A stretch of DNA of 33,104 nucleotides. Source: Malassezia furfur. Its lineage: Eukaryota. Location of the stretch: assembly GCA_052055015.1 (NCBI GenBank), contig JBQJIT010000080.1; one strand, given 5' to 3'. The notes under the pieces were generated by a model, which was given only the letters and a program-made list of their open reading frames with translations, did not search any database and was not told the DNA's origin. Shown piece by piece: positions 1 through 12,184 of this stretch (the stretch's first letter is position 1; each line of letters starts with the position of its first letter). The translations under genes and the position numbers were made by a program.

Positions 1-319
1 TGCGCCGCACGCGGCGCATACGACGCGTACAGCAGGTCGCCGTGTCTGTGTCAGTGGGCACCCACGTACTTTATGCCGAGAGCGTCCAGCGTCGAGCCGA
101 CCAGCTCGCGCGCCGGCCGCGCGGGGCCGTGCGGGCCGTCGGCGAACGTCAGCGAGTCGGCGTCGGCGTCGGGCATCGCTTCGAGCGCCTGTGTGAGCGC
201 GCGCGACGTACCTTGTCGACCAGCACGCGTGCGTCATCCTGTGCATCAACCGTGATGCGGAATTGCCCGTCCTTCGAGCGGATACGCACGAGCTGCATGA
301 GCGCACGCGGACCTACCAT
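1..319 (-). CDS. NPL4: Npl4 (Cdc48/Ufd1 cofactor), 5' part only; runs off the window start
   Basis: Spliced translation M|LVRIRSKDGQFRITV...LVDK|ALEAMP...LDALGIK|HGDLLYASY fits the Npl4 N-terminal ubiquitin-like domain. GT-AG introns at 293-316 (24 nt), 189-211 (23 nt) and 46-69 (24 nt). Confidence 0.8.
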
Positions 320-382
320 GGCCATTGCCACTCAAGCGCCGCGGCGCACGCGTCACCCTACGTAAGCCATGTGGAGGAGGCA

Positions 383-1957
383 CTACGGCGCACGGCGCAA
401 CAGAAACGAGGTGAGCGCCTCGTTGAAGCGCCGCGGGTTGTCGAGGTACAGGTGGTGTCCTGTGTGTGAGTCGCGTACGACGTACCGGCCTTGGATATCT
501 TGACCAGATGCGAGTCCGTGTTGCCTGCGTCGTGCAGGCGCTGCAGCGCGTCCTGCCCGCCGCGGATGTCCATCCAGTCGCTGTCGCCCTGCGGTCAGTC
601 GCGCCGCACACAACACGCTACCCACATAGAGGAACAGCGTCGGCATTTTGAGTTTCCCGATGCGGTGAATGAGCGGCGAGCGCGCATACGCGCCGGGTGC
701 AAGAATGTCGGATACTGGGTCAGCACACGAAGACATACAGCAGTATTCGCTGCTCCCGCGCCCGGCAAAGATCCCGTGGCAGTACGCGTGCATGCACTGC
801 AGCTCCTCAGGCGGGATGTTGGCAAAGCGCCGGCGCGTGTAACCACTCACGAGCCACGGCGCAAAGAACGACGTCGAACGCAGCAGGCTGAAGATGCTTA
901 CGTTGCGGTCCCACAGCCAGCCCAGCACACTCATCGTGCGGGTGTTCAGCCGGCGCGGGGGCATGGGCGGCTGGACGGACGAGTCCGAACAGTCCGACGC
1001 AGCGTCGTCGCTCACCGCCTCGTCCTGCGCCGGCCGCTCAGGCGCCGCCCCCGGGTGCCACGATCCCTCGGGGATACCGACGGGCGACACCAGCACGAGT
1101 CGCTCGACACGCTCGGGGTACCGCAGCGCGTATGCAACCGACAGGTAGCCACCCAGGCTGTGCCCCACCAGCACCATCTTGTCGATCTGCATTTTTTCGC
1201 GCCACTGCTCGAGCGACGCAAGGAAATACGACTCGGCAGCCTCGATGCGCTCCGCACTGCGCGCCTTGCTGTGCGGTAGAGCGTACGGCGGGCGCGACGA
1301 GCGGCCCATCCCAAGCCAGTCCAGTGCAAAGAACCGCGAGTTGGGCAACGAGCCAAACATTTGCATGTTGCGGTAGAAGAATGCGAGACCCGCCGCGTAG
1401 CCGTGCACCAGGACCACCTTTTGCTCGTGCGGGTCCTGCTCGGCGCGCGGCACGGGCGTGCCGATCTCGAGCGTGTTGATCTTCCGCGGGTGGTGCCGGA
1501 GACCGAGGCGCGACAGCACACCCTCACGACTTGTACCCGCGGGCGGCGCACCAATGTCGACAAGGCGGATGCACCCGACCTTGCCGTCACTTTCGCACTG
1601 CGTGCCCACGGTGAAGAATTTGGCGGGACCCGTAGCTAGGGGCTGTGCCTCCTTTGCAGATCCAGTCACGAGCCGGTACGCGGCGCTTAGCGCGTCGGGG
1701 CCGTCGTCTGTACACTCGGAAGCATTGCCGACCGTTGCGCCCTTAAAGTATCCCGATCGGCGCACCAGGAACAGCTCGGCCTCGGCGGTCTGCGCGGGGC
1801 TTAGGTTCCACCAGCTCGAAAAGGACGACATCATCGACGTGGGCAACGGCAGGATGCTGGACGGCAGCCGCATCTCCGGAGCAACCTCATCGACCGCATC
1901 GCTCGCCACGGTGGTCATCCCTCCAAGCCCTTGCGGTTCCTCTGGTGTGGTAGACAT
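383..1957 (-). CDS. Alpha/beta hydrolase of the ABHD4/5-Cld1/Ict1 family (lipid deacylase or acyltransferase)
   Basis: Motifs HGYAAG, DWLGMGRSSRP, nucleophile GHSLGG and, after splicing, YGDSDWMD and AGHHLYLDNP. Introns at 715-738, a 37-nt one near 587-623, and 460-485. Confidence 0.85.
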   Translation of the reverse strand: MSTTPEEPQGLGGMTTVASDAVDEVAPEMRLPSSILPLPTSMMSSFSSWWNLSPAQTAEAELFLVRRSGYFKGATVGNASECTDDGPDALSAAYRLVTGSAKEAQPLATGPAKFFTVGTQCESDGKVGCIRLVDIGAPPAGTSREGVLSRLGLRHHPRKINTLEIGTPVPRAEQDPHEQKVVLVHGYAAGLAFFYRNMQMFGSLPNSRFFALDWLGMGRSSRPPYALPHSKARSAERIEAAESYFLASLEQWREKMQIDKMVLVGHSLGGYLSVAYALRYPERVERLVLVSPVGIPEGSWHPGAAPERPAQDEAVSDDAASDCSDSSVQPPMPPRRLNTRTMSVLGWLWDRNVSIFSLLRSTSFFAPWLVSGYTRRRFANIPPEELQCMHAYCHGIFAGRGSSEYCCMSSCADPVSDILAPGAYARSPLIHRIGKLKMPTLFLYVGSVLCAARLTAGRQRLDGHPRRAGRAAAPARRRQHGLASGQDIQGRYVVRDSHTGHHLYLDNPRRFNEALTSFLLRRAP

Positions 1958-2070
1958 GACCTACGAATTCTCCGCGGACTCTTGCCTATCCCCGCGCATT
2001 GGGGCGTGCGGCAAAATCGCGCACGTACCGCGCATAACGCCGCGCGTACCACCTCCACACGACACGCATT

Positions 2071-2905
2071 ATGGACGAAGCCACGCGCCGCTCGCTGCAG
2101 TCGGTCGTCGCCGAGGTCGAGGCAGAGCGTGCTACGAGCGAAGTACGCACGCCCATTTATTAACGCAGACGCTCCGTGAGCTCGCACGCAACTTGGACCG
2201 CACGCAGCGCATGATCGCCATGCAGCTGGGGCAGGTCTACGCTCTGCCGCCCGCAGAACGTAGGTCGCGCGCACTCACACAGTCTCGGCGCACGTCACAG
2301 CCACCGCGCAGCAGTTTGCCGACGTACGCGCAGACATTGCGCGCCTGTGCGAAGCTGTGCCCGCGCAGGAGTACTACAAGGTGCGTTGCACTCGCACTCG
2401 CTGACGCAGTGGAATGAGACGTGGTCGTGGGCCATGCGCAATGCCGCCTTCGGCGCATGCTTCACCTACTACCTTGGCACGGGTCTCCTCCTGTCAAAGG
2501 AACAGACTGCCGATGTGCTCGGCATGCATGCACTGCCGAGCGATCGCATGATGCTCGCGACCGACGAGTACCTGCATGGGCTCATCAGCATGGCTAACGA
2601 ATTGCCACGCCTCGCGATGAACGCCGTGACGGCGGGCGACTTTGGCGCGCCTGTGCGCATCGCGGCGTTTGTCAAGCAGCTGCATGCGGCGTTCCAGGTG
2701 CTCAATCTGAAAAACGATATCCTGCGCAAGCGCTTCGACGGACTCAAGGTGCGTCTACGCCCGCCCACTCACGCAGTACGACGTGAAACGCGTCGAAGAG
2801 ATTATGTACGATATCCGCTTGCGCAACCTGGCCTCCGACCAGGCGGCCACAGCGCCTCACAATGACCCTACCGCGCTGCTGGCCACGCTCGCCGGGCACG
2901 CCTAG
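2071..2905 (+). CDS. TSN1: Translin (C3PO subunit), about 242 aa
   Basis: DEYLHGLISMANELPRLAMNAVTAGD...LNLKNDILRKRFDGLK|YDVKRVEEIMYDIRLRNL is the translin signature. Four introns of 26, 23, 29 and 28 nt give an intact frame. Confidence 0.9.
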
Positions 2906-2970
2906 CGCTCCGGAAAAAAAAGGGGGGGTATCATTCTATAGAGATACGAAAGAGAAGAAATACAATGCGT

Positions 2971-4082
2971 TTACTCGCCCGGCGTGCCGTCCCCCTTGTT
3001 CTCGTCCATGGGGTACGACACCATATTCAGAAATCCGCCGCGCTGCTGGTGCGGAGGCATCGGCAGAGACGAACCAGCGTCCATGAACGGTGACGCGTCC
3101 ATCCCGCCGCGCGGCAGACCGGGTGCACCCGGCGGCGCGCCGCGCATCGGCATACCGGCCCCGAGGTGGACGCGACTGTCACCCATGGCACCCGCCCCGT
3201 GGAAGGGGTACATCGGAGAGGCCCACTCGCCGCCCATGGGCGGCTTGGGCATGCCCTTCATCGCCTGGGCGGCCGGGTGCATGCCCATATCGCCCTCCAT
3301 GCGAGCACGCATGTCGGGTTGGTTGGGGCGCAGCGGCATGAAGCCGGACCCCTTGGGTTCCAGCACCGGCTCGTTCATGGACCCACGGGCGCCGACGTCA
3401 CCGCCGAGCACGGGTGCGACGTTGGGCGCCGAGAGTGCGTTGCGGATCGGCACACTCGAGCTGCGGTTGCGCACCATGTCGGAGCGCGGTACAATGTCGA
3501 TCAAGAAGTCGAACAGGTCGGAGCGGGCGATCGCATTGGCGATGTCGGAGCGCTGGATGGTGCGGCGCTTGTTTTCCTCGGCAACCATGAACGCGCGGCA
3601 GGTGAGGTCGGAGATGAAGACTGGGTCAGCAAGCAATCACCTACTCTCGCAGGCCCGGGAGAAGAGGATGGGCGCCTCGGCGGAGATCATCTGGACATGA
3701 GAAGACGCGGACCTACCTTGACCTCGTCGTCGTTCTTCATCACCTTCTTGATGCGCGCCAGCGGAAGCGCGCTGCTGCTCCCATTCGGGGTCGATCCAAG
3801 GTTGTAAAAGTCAATCGTCTTGCCGTCCGAGTCGAAGCCGTTCTCGACCAGATCCATCTGGTGACGCCAGAAATGGCGCTGGAACTGCGCGGGGTTCCGC
3901 GAAAACTGCTGGATCAACGTGCTGAGTGGTACATAGTTCGACGCCTGGCTACCGCCAGACTCTTGCGCGGGCGGCATGCCTTCCACGGCGCCCACCGCCT
4001 TGCCTTCCGCCGCACCCGACAGAGCGTGCGGAACTGGCGCGTTGGGGCTCATCGTGCCCGATTCCGAGGGGTAGAACGACAT
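2971..4082 (-). CDS. HAP5: CCAAT-binding complex subunit Hap5/NF-YC
   Basis: Histone fold LPLARIKKVMKNDDEVK|MISAEAPILFSRACE|IFISDLTCRAF...KRRTIQRSDIANAIARSDLFDFLIDIVPR. Introns of 26 and 24 nt. Confidence 0.93.
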
Positions 4083-4352
4083 CGTCGCGGGGGCTTGGGC
4101 AGCACACTTAAGCAAGGCCAATCAAGAAGCACACGGATCAATACAATGCCCCGCCTCTGCACACGCGAGAGAAGCCGTCACCGGAGGTCGCGAGATGGCC
4201 GTTCGTCGCAGACCGCGTCTCGACGTGCCGCGGCACACGTTTTGGGGCCTCTAAGGTCCATGCCACGTGGGTCTGGCGCGCGGAGCAAAAACACTACGGG
4301 GCGACGCGTGCCGCGTCCGCTCGGCGGGGCGCACGGGCGCACATGCCGACGG

Positions 4353-5082
4353 CTACGTAGACGCCTCAATCTTCTCCAGATGAGGGCCAATAAGCTGGAG
4401 TCAGTGCTGAGCGTGCCTACTTTTGCCATCTCGAACGAACTGCATCAGTCTCGTGCACGTACTCCACAGTGTCCTTGCCAAACAGACTGCTTAGCTTCGC
4501 ATCACACATGATCTGAGTAAGCGCACGCCCCGCACAACGCACCTGCCGCTTGTTGTTCTCGTTCTGCAGGTTGTGTTCCTTGATGTAGGCCCACAGCTGC
4601 TTCACCACGCCGTGCCGCGGCATCTCGTTCCCACCACACACCTCGGCCATCGCAGACGACAGCCGCATCGGGCGGTTCAGTGGGCTGTTGGGGTTCGGAG
4701 CACGCTTCTTCTTCGGCTCCTCGTCGTCCTGCGCACTGGTGCCCCGCTTCTTAGTCGTCTTCTTCGGCGCCGCAGCCGCCTTCGGCTTGGCCGCGCGCTT
4801 CTTGGACGCATCAGCGGTATTGCTCCCCGTGGACGCGGACGCCTTGCTGCTCGTAGTGCCCTTGCTCGTCACCTCGTCGTAGCACTTGCGGATCTCTGCA
4901 TCCACCGCCTTCTTTTGGACCACCAGATTCACGCTCGCAGGCAACGATCCTTCCGGCAGCTCAGCGAGAGCCACACGGATCTTCTTGGCGGAAACCACCG
5001 AGAGGTCTGCATCTTTCAGCACATCGAATATCCGCTCACGCAGAGTGGGCAACGCGGTTGGGTCGAGCGTGTTGTTGCTCAT
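4353..5082 (-). CDS. DEK-C plus SWIB domain protein (Uaf30/Tri1/Spp27-like), about 216 aa
   Basis: N-terminal DADLSVVSAKKIR (DEK-C-like) and SWIB motif RHGVVKQLWAYIKEHNLQ...|IMCDAKLSSLFG...V|DSFEMAK|LIGPHL. Introns of 30, 23 and 26 nt, with a 19-nt exon between the last two. Confidence 0.85.
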
Positions 5083-5170
5083 GCTGGACGCGCTGCAGAC
5101 GCGGCGCGCGAGTGGAGACCGAATTTTGCCCACGTGGAGGCGCCGGCGTACGGAGGTGAACGGCTCCGCC

Positions 5171-5633
5171 ATGCACCGCACTGTGATCCGGCGCCTCGCG
5201 CAAAGCGCGCCCAGCACCCCCATGGCGGACGTGCAGGCGGCGTCGAAAATGCTGCTTCCGCCTATACCCTTGTATCGCGCGCTTCTGCGCGCACACAGGA
5301 GCCTCCCGCCTGAGATGCGTTCGCTCGGCGACGACTACGTCAAGTCGGAGTTCCGGCGACACCAGAAAATCGACAACCCGCTGCAGATCGTCGGCTTCTG
5401 CAGCCAGTGGAAGATGTACTTGGACTCTTTGCGTATGGACCAGTTTACTCCGGGCGGCTCTCGCGGGCAGAGCTTGGATCCCAAGCTGATCGACAAGGTA
5501 GGCAGGGGACACTGACGCAGTTCTCCGACGAGCAACTCTATCAGCTCTACGAGCTCAAGCTCGCCGCATCCGAAGTGTTTGATCCGGAACGTGCGCAAGC
5601 GCGCCCCCCTCCCAAGAAGGACGATTCGGACTC

Positions 5634-5637
<4 letters not shown>
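5171..5637 (+). CDS. SDH7: Succinate dehydrogenase assembly factor 3 (Sdh7/Acn9, LYR family)
   Basis: LYRALLRAHRSLPPEMRSLGDDYVKSEFRRH...GFCSQWKMY. Intron 5498-5520 (23 nt), then FSDEQLYQLYEL. Confidence 0.9.
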
Positions 5638-7428
<1,791 letters not shown>

Positions 7429-7789
7429 AGTGTTGGATCAGTCGGAACAGGGCGCGAGGCTACGCAATGTCCAGCCAGAGGCGCTGCGATCGTTCTGGCA
7501 GGGATTTGCCCCGGGCCTCGTCAGCCTCCACCGCGGTGCGGACCCGCACGTGGCGCGAGGCGCGCTGCCTTACCCCACGCCGCCCCCCTTCCGCGCGCCA
7601 AGAGTTGGGCTGATACACCGGCGCCGGCGCCTGGCGCCTGGACACAGCGTGCGTACGGCGTACACTATGTCGAATGCTACTACTGTAAACAACGCGCCCA
7701 TACACGAGGAAAAATGAATATTTCTGAGACTGGAGGGTGGTTCTACACCGCTATTACCAAGATGAAATTGCAAGAGAGTGCAATTTTGC

Positions 7790-8519
7790 TTACTTGAGCT
7801 GCTTCTTGGTGTACTTGGTAGCGAAGTAGCTCTCGCTGCCAAGGACCGTCACGATACCGACAGCAGCGGCACCGAGCAGCTTCTGGTCCTGCGCCTTGAT
7901 CTGGTTGCGGTTCTGGTAACCGAAGTAGCCAGCAGCACCAAGCACAGCGGCGTTGACTGTCGTTAGCAACCCATGCAACATGGTACATACCAATGCTGAG
8001 CGTCGTGAGCCAGTACTTGGGCTGGCTCGAGAACTCCTTCCAGAACGACTTGGCCTTGTCGAGACCGTTGTGGAAGCTCTTGGAGATGCTGATGTGAGCC
8101 ATACGCGACGTACCTCTTGCCGGCCTCGTTGGCACGGTCCTGCAGGTCCTCGGCCTCCTTCGAGATATAGTCACCGACCTTGTTGGCAGCGGCCTTGGCA
8201 TCGTCGTAGAAGTGCTCGGCGTGCTCCTGGGCCTGCTGAGCAGCCTTGTCGGCGTCCTTCGACAGGTTCGAAGCAGTCTTCTTGGCCTTCTCCGAGACGT
8301 CGTGGGCGGTCTTGTCCGCCTTGTCAGCGGCGTCCTTGGCAGCCTTGTCAACCTTGTTGGCCGTCTCGTTCGTGGCCTTCTGGGCCTGGTTGGCAGCCTT
8401 GTCAGCCTTGTCGGAGGCCTTGTCGGCGGCCTTGTTGGCTTGGCTGTAAAGAGCGTGTTAGTACCAAAATCTTCATATCATAAAGGGCACACATACTTCT
8501 TAACGTCGTTCTGAGACAT
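7790..8519 (-). CDS. Small membrane protein: Ala/Lys/Asp-rich LEA-like helical N-terminus and two C-terminal hydrophobic segments; possibly OM14-like mitochondrial outer membrane protein
   Basis: Spliced MSQNDVK|NQANKAADKASDKADKAANQAQKA...|...LTTLSI|VNAAVLGAAGYFGY...LLGAAAVGIVTVLGSESYFATKY. Strongly biased codons; introns of 53, 25 and 34 nt. The gene model is solid, the OM14 assignment is tentative. Confidence 0.6.
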
Positions 8520-8763
8520 GGTGGTAGGGCAAGATGACCCTGCTCGCGCCGTTTCACTCCGCTTCTGAGGCAGCCGCGCCGCGGACGGGTATTTGCCAGC
8601 TGCACTATTGAGCCGCTAATTCGGCTGCGCTCGGCTCGGCCCTGCATCAGGGTGGCCTGCAGCAAATCAAGATGCGCGACCCCGGCAAATTACGTAATTT
8701 AACACGACCGTGCAGAGCCGCGCTCCAGATGGCTCGAGCGAGACAGCACACGGGGGAGCCGCC

Positions 8764-9752
8764 ATGCTGGACAAGGAGGAGGCTATTGTTGCGTTCCTAC
8801 GAAGGGAATTGAAAGGACATCGGCAGAGTCGTGTGGGAAGCGCATCTCCATTGGTTGTTGGACTGCAGGGGCCGCAAGGAAGTGGTGCGTATTTCGCCGC
8901 GCTGACCGAGGTAAGTCGTATACATCGGCGCGCGTCGCCAAAGACTTGGCCGCTCTCCAGCCTCCTGTCCGTGTAGCCGTCTTTTCCTTGGATGGTAGGT
9001 CCACGTGTATGCTCACGCCAGATCTCTACCTTCACCATGCCGATATGCTCGCTGTTGGCCGGAAACATGCGTCCAATCCATTGATGCAAGGGCGTGGGCA
9101 GCCGGGCACACACGATGTTGCCTTGGGCTCGTCTATCCTACGCGCACTCCGCTCCATCAACGACAGTCCTTCCCAGTCCGTGCAGCTTCCAGTGTACGAC
9201 AAAAGCGCGTGGGATGGTCAGGGCGACCGTGCCGCGGACGCTGTCACGGTGCACGGGCCAATTGACCTGGTCCTGTTCGAAGGCTGGTGCTTGGGCTTCC
9301 ATGCCTTGACCAAGGCCGAGATTGAGCAGCGGCTCCGCACAAGCATGGGAGATGCAGGCAGCTGTCTTACATCGTATTCGGCTGACAACCTCGCGGTTAT
9401 CAGCGAGAATTTGGGCGTGTGGGAGCGGGAATGGTACCCCCTACTGGATGCGTTCATCCAGTTCCATCCCTGTGCCGAGAACGGCAAGAGCCCCTGGTCG
9501 ATGGTTTACCCTTGGCGCCTTCAGGCGGAGCACGCGATGAAGCGTATCAACGGAGGGCGTGGGATGACCGACGAGCAGGTGGCCTCCTTCGTCCAACGGT
9601 GCGCATTCCGCGAGAGAGACTGACGGTACAGTTACCTCCCTAGCTATGAGCTGTTCTGCACCGATCTGCATGCTAGCAACCCATGGAAAGGACACACATT
9701 GCTAGTCGAAATCGGCGCAGACCGCCAAGCACGCGCGATTGAGCACATCTAG
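8764..9752 (+). CDS. TDA10: P-loop kinase, Tda10/D-glycerate 3-kinase-like, about 300 aa
   Basis: Walker A GPQGS|GKS, SLD|DLYL, RGQPGTHD, PVYDKS, FEGWCLGF, WRLQAEH and GMTDEQVASFVQR|YLPSYEL. Introns 8885-8910, 8995-9021 and a 33-nt one near 9599-9631. Confidence 0.85.
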
Positions 9753-9818
9753 CATAACACGATACCTCACGACCGTAGATTATGTCTACAACAAAATCCA
9801 ATGTGACACCGACGGAAC

Positions 9819-10357
9819 TTAGTAGTCGTTCTTCGGGCGGAGCAGCACATTGTAGTTCCCTGGGGTAAGTCGCTATTCCACATACGGTGCTGAATGAGCC
9901 ACTGGTCCACGGGCGGGGCGCCGTTCTCGCCGGGCGTGCGCGTCACGCGGAAGTCGCCCTCGACGTACATCAGCGTACTACAGGTCAGCTGAACACCACG
10001 TACCCCTTGGGCAGGTCACGCAGACGGTTCACCGTCGTCTCACCGAACGCAAAGATCGAGTGGAACGAAGAGGTAGGCTGGGCGGGCGCTGGGTAAGTGA
10101 TTCGGCGCAAACACGTACTGCCATCCTCGTTGGGCGGGCCAAGCGGGTCGGTGGTGGCCACGGTGTAGCGGAGGTACTCCTTGCCCGAGCGCGTCTCGCG
10201 CACCTCGGGCTGGCCCACGAGGCGGCCGATGATGTTCACACGGGCCAGCTGAGCAGCCGAAGTCGACGAGAACGACTGTGGTGTTAATTGTGCAACACTT
10301 CATACATACCCGGGCGTTGACATTGCGAGCAGCAGAGAGGAGCGACTGGCGGAACAT
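9819..10357 (-). CDS. RIM1: Mitochondrial single-stranded DNA-binding protein
   Basis: Presequence MFRQSLLSAARNVNAR|SFSST followed by an SSB OB fold: IIGRLVGQPE...YLRYTVAT...LPKG|TLMYVEG. Four introns of 34, 30, 26 and 26 nt. Confidence 0.85.
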
Positions 10358-10477
10358 GTTGGTGAGGGGTTAATGAATGGCGATGCGACGCGCTTTCCCC
10401 GGCGCGTCGGCGTAACGCGTCTCGGCCGATGGGGGGCGTTTCGGGGGCGCGCACCGCGTGTTGGCTATGGGGTACGT

Positions 10478-12076
10478 CTAGTAGCGTGGCAGCTCGACGC
10501 GGCCGCCCTTTTCCATCCACTCCGCGATGCGACGAGACACGGTAATCTGGCAGGTGAGCCGGCTCGATGCGCGGCGGTCGATCGCGTATTCGAGCATGTC
10601 ATCCTCCTCGTCCGACATCGGACCAAACAGCGCGTCGGCCTCGGCTGGCACGTGGTCCACGTCGCCACGTGCTTGGGGATCCTTCCGCTGGGCGTCACAG
10701 AGGTAGGCATGGCAGGTCGCGCATTCGAGCTCGCCGCCGCACGTAGCTTCAATTGAGGGGAGATCGTGACGCTTTGCCGTCTCCATAAGCGTTTCTCCGA
10801 TGATGCCCTCCACGTCGTACCACTGTCCATCGTAGCCGTGGAAACGCAGCGGCGCATGCGTCGCCTGCGTGCGCGAGGACGGCGCATCGGGTGCCGCGTC
10901 CGCGGGCGCCGTCGATGCCGCCGCAGAGGGCGGGGGTGCCGCTGCAGGTGCGCCGCGCGCGCGCGGTGCAATCTGTGCCGAATAGACCACGGGAGGACCC
11001 CACAAGTTCATGTGTTCGCGTGCGTCCTGCGACGACATGCCAAGCCGTCCGCGCCATCGTGGCCATACCACGAGCCGTTCACGGAGGTCTTGTAAGTCGT
11101 GTCGCGACGACGCTGGTGCGAGAGCCGCACGTAGCAGTAGGCTGGGGTCAGTGGCGTGGTGCGACGTACGGTGCATCCGACACGCGGAGGTTGCCGTACC
11201 AATCGCCGTGGGGGTATACGAGGGCATTGGCAGCCCACTAGGGTGAGTATGCGGGTGACGGACCTTGTGGCCACCGACGTGGCTTATGTCGAGCACGCGC
11301 ACGCGGCGTGCTGGCTCGCTGCCGTCTTGCTTGCACTGGGCGATGTGCTCCTGGACCTTTTGCTGGAGGGCCTCGCGGAGTTCGGTGCCTACCACACCGC
11401 ACCGGCAGTCGCGCGTGCCGTGCGTGCACACGAAGATGTGCGTCTCCGAGTCGAGACGCGCTTCGGGGCGCGCAAAGAGCGCGTCGAGCTTTTTGCGGAG
11501 GGCCTCGCCGCTTGGGAGCGTGCGCAGTGACAGTGGCTCCGGGTATTCGACAAAGAGGCCAGGCGTGCGGTAGGCATACAGCGTAAACGTTTCGTCCTCG
11601 ACGGCCTGGTTGGGCGGCGACCGCATGGCGGCGGCACGATGCGGGTCCCATGGCGACAGCCCTTGGGTGCCGTTCGGGGTGATGGTTGTGTCACTGGATG
11701 CAAAGCTCAGTCCGTAGCCCTCGAGCGAGCCGCCCTGGCGCGCGCGACTGGACAGCTCCGCGTGGAGGGGGCATGCCGCGTCGATGTGCGAGGGCCACGT
11801 CGTGTCTGGGTGCGGGTACTCTCGGGGCAAGAGGATGAGGTGCGTCTGGTACTCGGGCGCCGATCCGGGCAGCGGCGACAAGTCGTACGGCGCCGCAGGA
11901 ATGTGCCCGTGCTCGTCGAGGGCGCCCGCGGGATCAAACGGGTACTTTTTCCAGCGCTCAGTCGCGATGCCGCGCGATATGGTACGCACGCAGACAGCGG
12001 CGTACCTCGGTGCGAGATGCGGGCCGCGTGCGGCCGTGCGCAGGGCGGGGTGCGTGAGGCGGAGGGCACGCAGCAT
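10478..12076 (-). CDS. Mitochondrial Aim32/Apd1-type (sucrase/ferredoxin-like) protein fused to a C-terminal adrenodoxin-type [2Fe-2S] ferredoxin, about 514 aa
   Basis: Arg-rich presequence; FVCTHGTRDCRCG, SHVGGHK|WAANALVYP, GDWYG and WRGRLG; Ala/Pro linker; CGGELECATCH, EEDDML and SRLTCQI. Introns 11238-11263 and 11142-11169. Confidence 0.85.
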   Translation of the reverse strand: MLRALRLTHPALRTAARGPHLAPRYAAVCVRTISRGIATERWKKYPFDPAGALDEHGHIPAAPYDLSPLPGSAPEYQTHLILLPREYPHPDTTWPSHIDAACPLHAELSSRARQGGSLEGYGLSFASSDTTITPNGTQGLSPWDPHRAAAMRSPPNQAVEDETFTLYAYRTPGLFVEYPEPLSLRTLPSGEALRKKLDALFARPEARLDSETHIFVCTHGTRDCRCGVVGTELREALQQKVQEHIAQCKQDGSEPARRVRVLDISHVGGHKVRHPHTHPSGLPMPSYTPTAIGTATSACRMHRTSHHATDPSLLLRAALAPASSRHDLQDLRERLVVWPRWRGRLGMSSQDAREHMNLWGPPVVYSAQIAPRARGAPAAAPPPSAAASTAPADAAPDAPSSRTQATHAPLRFHGYDGQWYDVEGIIGETLMETAKRHDLPSIEATCGGELECATCHAYLCDAQRKDPQARGDVDHVPAEADALFGPMSDEEDDMLEYAIDRRASSRLTCQITVSRRIAEWMEKGGRVELPRY

Positions 12077-12184
12077 GCGGTACGCTCTATCAAAAAAAAA
12101 AAAGTGGCAAGGGACATCACCTCCACACGGGCACCGTGCGTACCTGCCGCTTGGTGGCAATTTTGGGCGTGCGGGGTTTCGGCG

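Noticed and set aside
7429..7789. Short ORFs in the 360-bp gap between PHB1 and the LEA-like gene
   Set aside because: No motifs or codon bias; better explained as the PHB1 promoter plus an AT-richer 3' UTR.
11142..11263. Intron pairs whose joint retention keeps the ORF open (26+28 nt here, 37+26 in the hydrolase, 26+28 in DCAF11), suggesting dual-frame exons
   Set aside because: Off-frame stops are rare at this GC content and about one third of pairs sum to 3n by chance. The alternative frames destroy conserved motifs.
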